DNA from: Pelomyxa schiedti
Lineage: Eukaryota > Protista > Evosea
Assembly (NCBI GenBank): GCA_020536535.1
Contig: JAHLWZ010000835.1
Location: 1 to 64,000 of the forward strand
Direction: 5' to 3'
DNA: 64,000 bases
Part shown: positions 39,021-50,361 of the stretch, in pieces
How the letters are laid out: each line of letters opens with the position of its first letter
How positions within the stretch are numbered: the first letter of the stretch is position 1
The notes under the pieces: model-generated
The model's database searches: none
What the model saw: only the letters and a program-made list of their open reading frames with translations
Told to the model about the DNA's origin: nothing
Program-made: the position numbers and the translations under genes

Positions 39021-41568
39021 TCAGGCGTTGTTGATGTTGTTGAAGGAGGAGGGTTGGTTGCGAGCGTGGTAATCGCCACCATGACTATGACCGCGCACTG
39101 TTTGGAGGGATCGCGGCCCGCTGATGCCGCGGGGGTTGGTGCAACGAGAGCCGCACCTCTTGCACGCGTCTGTGCATTGGCGCCGGTGGACGTAGCAAGG
39201 GCACGTGACGGTATAGCAAAGGAACTTGGGGCCGTCGGAGCAACGGCAGTACGGGACATCTGCAGGGCGGGCAGGAGGAGGCGCCGCCGCCGCCGGGGGC
39301 GGCATGGCCGCGGCTGTGGCGACGACGGGCGGTGGTGGTGCATCAAGTTGGGGCGGGCGGCGCGGCAGGGGCGGGGGCGCGAGCACGCGTGCTGATGGGG
39401 GCTCGGCGGGCTGCCTGGCGGGGGGCGCAGGCCGCAGACGCTTTGGAAGGGGGATGTGGTACTTTGGGGTGCACTTCAGCATGAAACGGAGCATTTGGTC
39501 GCTCATGGCGGGCTCTGAAAACGCCAGGACAGAACCAGTGGGGCCGCGTTGCATAGTGGGCCCTGATGTGGGCAATGCCCAGGGATGCGATGGCTGGCGA
39601 GGTTGCACTGCTGTGGAGGGTGGTGGCACGGCAATTGAGAGTGGAATTGAGTCGAGATCAAGGGGCGTGGAGGGGGCAGTGGTGGAACGGTGAGAGTGGT
39701 GTGCGGCTGAGGAATGGGGGGAAGGGGAATGTGAGTGGGGGTGGCGAGAGTGGGAATGGTGGCGGTGGTGAGAGTGGGAATGGTAACGGGGCTGTGTGGG
39801 ACGTTCGCTCGAAATTGATGCGGGCGGTGGCGGGAGGGCAGAGGATGACGGCTGTGTGGGAGGAGGTTCAAGGCTGCTGGATTGGGGTGTACCAGGGAGC
39901 ACTTGCTCTGACTGCTGCTGCGGGGATGAGCGGGAGGAGGTGGTGGTTGTGGAATGGTGAGAGGGAAAGGAATGGGGATAGGAAGGTGGTGTGGAGTTTG
40001 TTACTTCAGGTTCCAACATATTGTGTGGTGGAGCAGGGGAGGGTGAAGGTGTCTGTATGCGAGGAGGTTCAATGGGGGGAAAATGGCGTGGTGCTGTGGA
40101 TGGTGGCACTGAGGTTGGTGAGGTCCAGTCATAGTAGAGGATAGAGTCATCATCAGCATCAGAATCTATAGAAGCCCTCTGATCACTGGGACTCTCAGCG
40201 GGTACTGCTGGAGCCACAGATGGGGTCACGGACCGGTGAAGCGAAGAGAGTGCCGGCAGTGAAACCGGAATGGAGGGCGGCTGCAGCACTGAAGGGAGCT
40301 GCAACCGGGGCGAGGATGGCAAGGCCGGCAGCAGCTGGTCCATTGAACCGACCTCCTTTGTGGGGCTCATTGAAGTTACAGGGGGTGCTGTGAGGGCAGG
40401 GGAGGCTGATTGCAGCTCCAGGTGGCTGAGGCTTGTTGATTGGTCAATGTGGGTATTCTGGGGTGGTGCCGTAGAAGGCGGAAGAAGTGAAGGGGAGGCA
40501 ACTGATGAGGCTGGTTGCAGTTGGGCAACTGAGGGGGCAATCATAACTGAAGCAACGCGAGGTGGCGGGAGCGGTGAGGATGAAGGCTCCCGCTGGCTGC
40601 TTGTTGGTTTTGGAGCACTATGGGGCACCTGGGTGAAATGAGGAGAAGGAACGGCTGAGGAAGAAGGCGTGGGCGGCTTCGTTGCCTCCGATAATGCATT
40701 ATCCAAAGAGGGCTCATCCTCGCCAACTTCAACATCCCCGGCAACGGCACTATCGTCAGCAGCCGTAGGAGAAGGAGGCCTCACCACTTCCTCGGAGAAC
40801 TTCAGCACCCTTGGCTGTACCAACTTGATGTATTCGGCCTGTGGTCGGAGTAACACCACCCACGCGCCTGATGGCTTCATATGCCATATCTTTCTTTGTG
40901 CCGCTTTAGCATCATTGACTGTCTTGAACTTGACATAGTATCTTGTACTCCACTTTTGCACGTTACGCCTGTTGAAATGAGTGAGTGGTGGCCTCAGTGT
41001 GGCCAATTAGTTCGTGGTTGTTGGTGCTCCATACCTTCTCACACTGAACAATTTCGCAAGCATTTGTCTGCTTATATTAGCAAGGCCAAGGACAACCCTC
41101 CTGGTCCTCGGATCGCTGCAGAATGTGGCAGGGCTGCCGTCTCTGCAAAACTCCGGCGCTGGCCGACGGAGGTTCATATTGCCTTTCCTCAGTGCTTTGC
41201 GTAGTGAAAACGAGTTGTACCGAGTTTCTACTACATATACTCGTTCACCAAATGGAATTATCCTTGCATGTGACCTATTACAAATGAGAACAGCATTCTT
41301 TGATTGACACACAGCGAGATTGGATTGCAATACAAACGCACAGTAGTATCATAGATAGATATTGAATGGGGGTGTGTGAGGAAGGAAATCAAACGAGGCA
41401 TGACCCATACTTGTATTTCGCCAGCAAGACCCTGACAGTATTTACAGTTACCTTACGACCAAGTACCCTCCTGGCGCCTGCCGGTAGGCGAACCCCTCTT
41501 ATGAGTGGTGGGACCCGCGCCTTGATTGTGGGCGGCGCTCCCTCGTCACCCTCGGGATCATCGTCCAT
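39021..41568 (-). CDS. RRM-like + Pro/Ser-rich linker + CXC(CRC)-like Cys-rich domain protein
   Basis: RVVLGLANISRQMLAKLFS..YYVKFKTVNDAKAAQRKI (RRM-like); CRCSDGPKFLCYTVTCPCYVHRRQCTDACKRCGSRCTNP near the C-terminus. Confidence 0.6.
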
Positions 41569-41659
41569 CTCGAAGTGTGTCGTCGCAGTTCGGTGTTGAG
41601 GGACTATTATTTTCCTCTTTTGTTGAAAAAGAAATTTAAGATTCAAATCTTCTCATGAG

Positions 41660-44600
41660 ACATCAGGACAAAATTGGGTAGTGACGTGGAGAAATGTGTT
41701 GGGGTATTGCACAGAAAACTGTGTATGGTGTGGGTAAGAGCGGAGTTCTTTGGATGGAACTCTGGAGTGGGTGTGAGATAGGTTGTTGCATGGGAATGCA
41801 TGCCTTCCAAGGAAGTATTGTTTCCACATCATCCTTAATGTGTGCAACATGATTTGCTGTGCATCCCCTTTCAGAGATTAGTCCCAGAACAAAGTAACTG
41901 CGAGGTGCAGTTTGCCAGGACGAAAAAATTCTGGAAGAAGAAATCAAATACGGGGACGAAGTCCATGCGGTTGTACTAGTTAGAGAAAGAAAGAGTAATA
42001 TCGTAAGAAATTTGCCGTAGCTGGCGAGGATTTCTTTGAAATATCCTGAAACTGAATTTGGATTAGGAAGAGATGGAACAATGAAGGAAAAGTGCCATTT
42101 GGTGCATTGGTTTTCCAGAAGTCTATATATTGAACGTGTGGCCTTGCTGAAATGTGAAACACACTCAGAGTCGCCACCATGACACCACACATTTTTTCGG
42201 AGGCCTTGAGGTGATAGTAGCCAAGAATAGTTCCTGACCGACTTCATGAGATCGCACTGGTAGACAATATTAATAGCCAATGGACCACAATCTAGGGGTG
42301 TAATGTTGGAAGACAACGGGAGTACAACGATATTATACTCCAAAAGTACGCTTCTATGACCGTCCCCAAACGGACGCGGTACTCGGTCTGTTAACTTCAA
42401 TAGCTGATCATAGAGGGTGACTTGTTTAGTGTTTACCTGTAAATTCCAGAATAAACTGCGGCCAATAATGGAAGGATTTTGTATGGCTCGCAAGAGCGGA
42501 AATTCTACAAGAGTCGAGTGGTGGTATGTCTCGGTTTTAATTGCCTTTATAACTTATAAATCATTTGAATACCTAGGGGATACCTGAATAATTTGCAACA
42601 AGTATATCAGCAGTTGTTAGTCTGTGAATTTTGCGATGCACTTCACTGTTTCGTTGTAAGTGGAAGGAAAAGTTTACATACAACCTGCATAATCCCGAAT
42701 CTTTGCAGCCGGATATGAGGCAGCATCAAATAACTGTGGGAAACATCAATTAATTTATTTATCTATGAATGTTACAATGAGTGCTTCTGATGGATCAATG
42801 AGCGGCCAGTGCTCCAAAATTCTTCAAAGAAAATATTTTCAGAACTGGAAGAAATGAGGTGGTATACTTGAAGAGTTGGGTTGCAGATGTAATATCAAGG
42901 AAGAGCGCACACAATAGAAGCTTGAGTAATATGTCAGTACGGAAAAGCAGCAGCCAATAGCCGTGGGGACCATAGCAGACCAGGCTCGGCTGCTTTTCCG
43001 TACTGAAAAAATACCAAGGTTATCTTCTTCAGGTGGGTTCCCACTCTTCTTCAGGTGGGTTCTCCACTTCATCCAGAGGGGGCAATTCCAGCGGAACTGT
43101 TTTTTTTTTTTTTAATTTTAAAAAATGAGTTTAATACCATCAGGTAAACAATGAAATAATGGAATTGGAGGAGACTCAAGTTCAAAATTGATAACAATGC
43201 ATTTGGGATTAAGATTTTCCGAGGTAGTGCCTGTACAACATGAATGAGGTAAGATGGAATTTGGGGAAGTCCTACTCAGAGGCTTTACTGTGGTATTCCA
43301 CATATGCAAGCGATGGGTACCTCCTTTGAACACCCCATCATAGTCAAATAAACTGAAACGCACCCCAGCAAGAGGTTTTACTTTTCTTCCGGACAACCCT
43401 CGTTGCCCATACAAGTTGAATAGAAGTCTGGATTCCTGCTGTTGTTCAGATGACTTTGTTACACATATACATACACGAGGAAGTCGGTTAAATAAGATTT
43501 TACTATGCAGTAGCTCATTCCACATAGTTGTTGGCTTGTTCTGTGTGACCATATGCATATTGTTGATCTTGTGTTTCCCATAGACCTTGTACTGAATATA
43601 TATCACAGGATTGGTGCCCCTCCCGCCTGGTGAAGTACAATTTGACAGAAACATAGAAGAAAACCTCGGAATCTTCTAGGCTTTTAGGTTCTTGGACTGC
43701 TTGAGTACATCGTACATCAAATCTTTTTCAATCAATTCTGGGCAGAGCATCTTTTTTTGCCTTAATCCTTCAATGAGGAAGGGGAGGGAATTGCACTGAA
43801 CAAAAGACCTTCAATGGATAAAAGTTTTACTTGGAACTCGAGCTCCACTTTCGAAGATGGTAGACACACAGTCAGCAAATTCCACTTGATAGTTGCTTGG
43901 GGCTGTGGAAATAGGAAAGACGGTGCGGTAATCACTTTCATTCAGTGAGTGAACGAGAAAAAGTATGGGGGAAAGGACACACACGTGATATTGGTCAATT
44001 GACAAATCGACACGTTTCCTTCTCGATACTCGGTGACGCACATATTCCACAGAAGATGCTTCCAGGTTAGTGTGCAAAATTTGTTCTCTTGACCCGTGAA
44101 TCTGTAACTATTACACAGAGTTTACTGTCAATGATGAAAACCTTAACGACACATGTCTCGGGGGCAACGGAAGTGGAATTCAATGAATTGCACTCAGAAA
44201 CAGCTTGAGTGATTAAATCACATATCTTCATGGACCCTTGTTGCTTAGTTAGAAATAGGGGAAAAAAAAAAGAATTTTATTTGTCTGAGAGGGCTATTCA
44301 TCTGAACAAAGTAGCAGTGTGTAGTGACAGATTCGAATCTTTTGTGTTTGTTTCCAGAATATTGTGTTTGGGTTGCCACAGTCGTTCCCTGAGATAAAAG
44401 AAGAATTTGAAGTGATTCCACTAGAACAAGGGTTAAGGCTGCATATCACACAAACTACACACTGTTCCCATCATCTGGACTCAATAAGGCGTTTACCATT
44501 CATTGCCTAAGTGTTCATCAGGAAGGAATAATGAGATTGGAAGAGGGTACATTATTGTTGGTACAGGGGAATTTTTATTCTCTTTCGTCCCGTTATCTAT

Positions 44601-44988
44601 TGTAATGCGCAATTCCCTGGGTCTAATTCTAGAGGTATCAGGATCAAATTGTGACGATAACGGGGGGATGTGCTTTGATTGGAGAGCAACACCAAAAAAA
44701 AAATAAAAAAAACCTTGACCATTTGTTTGTGCAGTCAAAAAAAAAAACTTGTTGTTTGTATCCTCGACGTGGCGATGCGGCGGAGGAAACCGATGAAGCT
44801 GTCGGCGTGGCCCTGGTCGCCGTTGTGGGAGTGACGGTGTTGTCGTTCTTAACGCACGTAGATCGTTGGGCGCAACGCCGCTGACGGGCAGAAGGTTTTT
44901 TCTTTTTACAAAATAATTTTTGTGAATTTCGCCGTTTCGTGGAGTGATGGGTCGAAATTCCGCAGATGTTTTTCATCAGTGATCCCAT
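41660..44988 (-). pseudogene. Disrupted class I PI3-kinase-like gene (RBD-C2-helical; catalytic domain missing)
   Basis: C2 WNELL..LPR..PLAGVRFSLFDY..GTTSEN; helical ILEHWPLIDPSEAL, IRDYAVKCI..LLIYLLQIIQ, IGRSLFWNL and IEAYFW. Lesions: in-frame TAA at 42617-42619, a 22-nt duplication at 43023-43062, and a hairpin insert at 42934-43006. No kinase motifs appear before the next gene. Confidence 0.75.
42934..43006. repeat. 73-bp element with perfect 18-bp terminal inverted repeats (MITE-like hairpin)
   Basis: TCAGTACGGAAAAGCAGC (42934-42951) and GCTGCTTTTCCGTACTGA (42989-43006); no clear target-site duplication. Confidence 0.8.
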
Positions 44989-45602
44989 AATGTCCGGCAG
45001 GGAGTATTGAACAAAAAGCGCGCGTCGCGAGAAAAGATAAAACCAGCTCTCGTCGAGAGTTACCCGCCGTGGCGAAAAGTCAGTGCGGCGTTCAATCTCC
45101 TACACCTGCGGGCGATTGCGCCAATCTTCCCAGTACCCAGTCTGGTTGTAGGGGTGTCGTCGACACTTTAAATAAAAAAGAATTTCCTTCTATTTCTATT
45201 GCAACTCTTTTTCTCTTATGGCTCTTGTGTTTGCGATTACGTGCGGATTTGCGACAACGTGTCGTGCGGCGCTGTGTCATTTTGAGTTTTTTTCCTTGTC
45301 TTTTTCCCTGTGCTGTATGAGCCGGAGAAGGCGGGGCGTTGCCGCATTTATGTTTGGTGTGGAATGTGCTATTAGAACCAAGTGTCAATTTGAATGTTAA
45401 CAGGCAAGCCATCAACCCACAAGATTGGCAGAATTTTGCGCTTTTACTGTTCGATTTCAATCAGGAAAGAGCCTTCTTTGTTTCGAAAATTTTTTAAATA
45501 AAAAAAATGCTGCAGCCCCATGTAAACATGATTACTACACCACCAAACAGTAGGAAACGACAATAACAACAACCACAGCGGTGTCTTATTGACTGAGAAC
45601 AA

Positions 45603-47329
45603 ATGGAGCGTCGCCAACCAAGCAGCAGTGTGGGTGGTGTTGGTGGTAGTCGCGGTCGCGGTGGTGGCGCCGGGGAGCCTCCGAGGGATGGGCATGTTCG
45701 TGGGGGTCCCCCTGAGAGTGCCGCTGCGCCTGCGACACGGGAGAAAGAGCACAGTCCCCAACCACATAAATACTACCCTTGGAAAGTCCCTGCCGGGGCC
45801 CTGCGCGTTCTCGGAGTCGCGCCGCCAGAGCCGCTGCGCAGACTTGTGGCTCCCAGTGTTGCTCCAGGGGACGCCCAGGTGCTGAGCCTAGAGAGGACGA
45901 CGTGAGCGATGGTGGTCAGAATGACGAGGGGGATGAGGCTGGGGCCGGGGAGGGGATCAGCAAGCCCAAGGGGGAGCCCCTCACTCGCGACCAATTGAAA
46001 GGGATGATGAAGGACTCATATGGAAGGTATGTCTTTTTCCTACTCTCTTGGTGTTTCTGGTTGTCATTGATTCGTTTTAAAACCACACCCAGTTCAACCC
46101 TTACAACATACAGGTTCCTGTTGTACCATCCAACTGGAAATAGATTGTATGTTGACTCTCTGGCCCAAGATGAAGCAGAAAAAACGGAACAATTAGACGA
46201 TTTAAGGAGGGTACTCATGCCACAAGGGATTACATTGCACCCTCCAGCACCCGAGTTCATACTCTCAGCTGAGCCTTCACAGCGGAAACCAAGGCCCGAT
46301 TTGAGTGACCCTAGCCGCGTATGGATTCGCGCGTTACCCCCCACCTCTCTGAAGAAAGGCAACGTGGATGTGGAAACTCTATACGAGAAGATTGCTGCAG
46401 AATTAAACGATATTGAAAGCGGCCAAGGCCAAAAAATCAGGTTCGTTGAGCCATGACACTACTTGAGATCTAACTCTATGTAGGTGGAAAGAAATAGTTA
46501 GTGGGGAGAGTCCATACCACCCCTATATTGAATTAGAAAGCAAGGCAGATGCCACAAAAGCAAAAAAGTTTCTTAAGTGGGTTGATGATGTACAAGTGCA
46601 ATGGGTCAACAGCCAAAGTGACTTGACTCCTTATCCTGTACAAGGCACTGGAAAACAGAAGCCACCTGTCACTTCTTCCACAACGGCCATCACGTCTACA
46701 TCCACTTCAAGCAAAAAAACGACAGCTGTAGATCTTGAGAGTGTGAAGGAGAAAGAGCATAAGAAGCCCAAGGAAATGAAGAGGGTTGATGACATGAGGG
46801 AGAAGGGGAAAGAAAAGAGGGGTAAGGGAGATGCTCCTGAGAAGAAGGAAAAGAGGTCCAAGGCAAAGAAGCCAAAAGGAGACTCAAGTTCTGATTCTGA
46901 CTCCTCTGTGAGATCATCCAAGAGGTATGAAAGAAGACTTGTAGTACATTGATTCTGACTCTAATGACAGGTCTAAGGCCAAAGAGAAAAAAGGAGACTC
47001 GAGTTCGGAGAAGCTTAAGGGGGACAAGGGAGATGAGTCTGAGAAGGAAAAGTTGGCCAAGGCAAAGAAGAAAAAAGGAGACTCGAGTTCCGATTCTGAC
47101 TCCTCTGTGAGACCATCCAAGAGGTATGAAAGATGACTTGTAGTACATTGATTCTGACTCTAATGACAGGTCAGTGAGTGCATGCTGCTGCAAGAAGACA
47201 TGTGCCAAAGCCTGCCGGTGCAACGTAAGCAAACGACCTTGTCAACGTCATTGCAAGTGCAAGTGTTGGTCTCGCGGAAAATGTGATAACCCTGCAGAAG
47301 ACCAACAACATAAACGTATACGCACATAA
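45603..47329 (+). CDS. RRM-like + Lys/Ser-rich linker + C-terminal CXC-like domain protein (5' frame junction unresolved)
   Basis: RVWIRALP..VETLYEKI..PYIELESKADATKAKKFL (RRM-like); terminal CCCKKTCAKACRCNVSKRPCQRHCKCKCWSRGKCDNP; stop TAA 47327-47329. Confidence 0.6.
46858..47172 (+). repeat. Recent direct duplication (period 199 bp) including a whole intron
   Basis: 46858-46973 is approximately 47057-47172. Introns 46925-46970 and 47124-47169 differ at one base. Confidence 0.9.
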
Positions 47330-47426
47330 AACGGCCTTACACAAAAATAAGTACTATGCTTTCTTTTGTTTTTACTTTTGCATCAAATTTATTTGAGGAC
47401 CAACGGTCACGGCACCCCGGCCGAAG

Positions 47427-50283
47427 ATGACAACAGCACCGGAAAGCAGCGCCAGGGTTGCCATCCCTGGGCCCGCCCCCGCGCCCCTGCTCCCGCCCTG
47501 CCACCCCCGCCCCCCGCCCCCCGTCTCCCCCGCCGCTGCCACCACCACAACAACAACAACAACAACCACCACGACTACTGCCGCCACCGCCCCGCCCCCT
47601 GCTCCGCCGTCGTCCTCGCCCACGGGCACGGGGTCGCAGTCTGCGTCGCGGTCTCCTTCGCCCTCCTCGGCGCGGCTGGTGCACCCTACGGCGCTCTACT
47701 CTGGGGGCGTGTGCCACGTCTCGGTGACCTACCCGCTGCCGCCGGCCCGCCGCCCCCGCACCCGGTCCTCCTCCTCCACCTCGGGCACCCGCGGGGCCCC
47801 CGAGCCCCGCAGCAGCAGCAGGGGGCACAGCCCCGGCCCTGCCACTGCCACTTCCACGTCCACGTCCACGTCCACGGTTGGCACTTCGACTGGTGGTGTT
47901 GGTGTTGGGGGCGGGGGTGGGGGGGCAGCGTCGGCCGTGAGCACGGGGGAGGTTGTCTTGCTGGTTCCCTTGTGTGTCACTCCTGCCCAGGTTCCTTTGG
48001 TTTGGTGGTTTTTATGTGTTATTTGGTTAACTGTTGTTGTTGTTATTTGGCTATTGATTGAAGATGCTACCAATTTTCATACACACACTAGAGTACTGAA
48101 CTTATTTCTTATACTGGTTACAGGTGCTGGAACATGTAGCCTATAGCGTTGGCCTGCCCAAATCGGGCACATTTACTGTGATCGATGAAGGAACTCATTC
48201 ACCACTGGTTCCCAACGCCCCGTTGTCTTCACTTTTCTCAGACTCTGGGACTTATCACGTATCCTCCCATTCCTACTTCTGGGAGCAAAGCTAACTTCGT
48301 TTCTAAACAAGATTCACATCAAGAAGCCCGATTCATCTTCTCCATCTCTCCGCCCTTCATATTCACTACGGTCTTTACGGGAGGCTGACAAAGAGGTTTG
48401 TGTCTTCTCTTAAAACTATTGGCCTTTTCCTCTTTTCAGGCCTTTACTGAATTCTTTAGGTAGATGTCTGTTTTTGCACCTCCAACGGCATCAGGTGAAG
48501 TCAGCGTTCTGCAATGGATTGACCTAGCCGACAAACCACCACTGCCATTTGTATGGTTCAAGTATACCGACAGAGAAAATCCTGACAAGTACACTTTAAA
48601 AGACTAATGCAAGTCTCACTAAATTTCGTTCAGAAAGGCCTGGTTTACTTTTTTGTATTGCATGGAAACACATGAGGACCTTTTCTCTGTGCAATCGTGG
48701 CTGAAATTGTTGGTTGACATTACACATGTATCAGTCCTTTTTCCCCCCATTCACCAAACTGATACAAACAGGTTGACTGTTTTGCCTTTGATTATACTGG
48801 TTTTGGAAGTCACATAGGCTTGCCGACTGAGGATAGTTGCTATCAAGATGCAGTATTGGCTTATCTGTTCCTTACATGTCACGTACCTCCAACGCGAATC
48901 ATTTTGTATGACGGGTGGGGAAAAAAGCGTGTTAAATACCCTTTAGAATCGGAAAAGGCTATGGAACAGCTCCCGCAATTCACCTTGCTGCCGCTATTTC
49001 TGATAAAAGTTTTGAAAGCACTGCCCTGAAGAAATGCGGAGTACGGAAGGGCGAAATGGCTTCAATGTTCTCCACCAATAAAAAGATTGCAGCCATAGTT
49101 TTGCTTGTGAGTTAGAGTCTTTTTTCCCCACTACTGATTTGTACTAGAATGCAACAAAGCACTCTCGTAAACTGCCAACGAAACTCACTCCACTATCGGG
49201 TCTGTGGAGTTCGGATGTATTTGATACAAGAAAAATGGTCCCTTTAGTCACTGCTCCCGTACTTATGATACACGGACAAAAAGATCCCCTCTTTCCCACA
49301 AACCACGCTGTGGTATGCCAAAAAAAAAAAATTACCAAAAGACCATCACCCCTTAACAAATGACAATTAGGAGTTTTACAATATGTTTCCTTGCCCTGCT
49401 AAGTTTGTTACTATAAACAATTGTGGCCATGATGTACTCGAGAGTGACGATGATACAATGGAAGCTCTACAAACTTTCTTGCACACACTCAACGCCACAG
49501 AGTATACTTACAACTCTACAATCCGGCCACCCCCTGGTTTTCACACCTCTCCAATTGAATTTTGTTGACACCTTCTCCAGCCGCGATTTTACAATCTCCT
49601 TCAAATTTTGTCAAACAGTGGCTCGGAACTATAGGGTTGGCACAGTATTCGGAAATGTTTCTGGTAAACGGGTGTGTCTCGTGACCCATCATACATTTCT
49701 TGAAAAATTGACTCTTTCACCCCCAGATATTACGACATTTTATCAATCAGTGGCATTGATGCTGTTGATTTGGAAATCATTGGCGTTGATGATAGTCACA
49801 AGCAAACCATTCACGAAGCTGTAATTGCTCTACGACGTTGTTCTCAGTAATTTCACAGTTTTCTCCTCTAACCTGAGTCTAGGAGAATCCGAAAAACCAG
49901 CAACAGCTAATGCTATAGCAACCATTTCCCCCGAATCCGGAATTTTTGCCCATGAGTCGTTATCTGGAATTCATCACAGTTCCAGTGACGGTGCCTTGCA
50001 TACACACAGTGCCTCCTCGGAACTATTTTCGTCAAGTTTAGCACAAACAACATCAGTGACAAGTCCATCACTTCTTTCTGAAATCAAGTACAGTTCCCCT
50101 CAACCCAATTCCAATTCTCATCACCTTGCCTTTTTTCACACACCTTTATACATTATGCACTCATTCATACATAGCACATTTGTATTGAGTCAGTCAATTG
50201 GGTCTGCACTGTCCTTTGTTGGGGACAGTGTTGGACTTGTAGATCACAAAAAAGTCAAAACCAAACACACGCACCACCTGTGA
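47427..50283 (+). CDS. ABHD17-like alpha/beta-hydrolase-fold pseudoenzyme with SAM domain
   Basis: FAFDYTGFGSHIGLPTEDSCYQD, IGKGYGTAPAIHLAA (Ser replaced by Gly), IHGQKDPLF and GHD; SAM-like FVKQWLGTIGLAQYSEMFLVNGYY..DLEIIGV..HKQTI. Confidence 0.75.
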
Positions 50284-50361
50284 GAAATGTGTATTTTAGC
50301 AAACAGAAAAAGAAAATTTTCTTTTGTATTAAATTATGCTTTTCGGTTTGTCCGAAAAATC

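Noticed and set aside
38871-41307. Long plus-strand Gly/Arg-rich ORFs (also the minus-strand ORFs at 47337-48073)
   Set aside because: Shadow frames of GC-rich low-complexity coding sequence on the opposite strand.
45085-45105. GTTCAAT as a tRNA T-loop or B-box
   Set aside because: No T-stem or cloverleaf can be formed.
49530-49585. Apparent frameshift between the hydrolase and SAM domains (also one near 48160)
   Set aside because: Resolved by a 44-nt GT-AG intron (GTTTTC..CTCCAG). The 48160 case can be resolved by an alternative acceptor (..CATGTAG).
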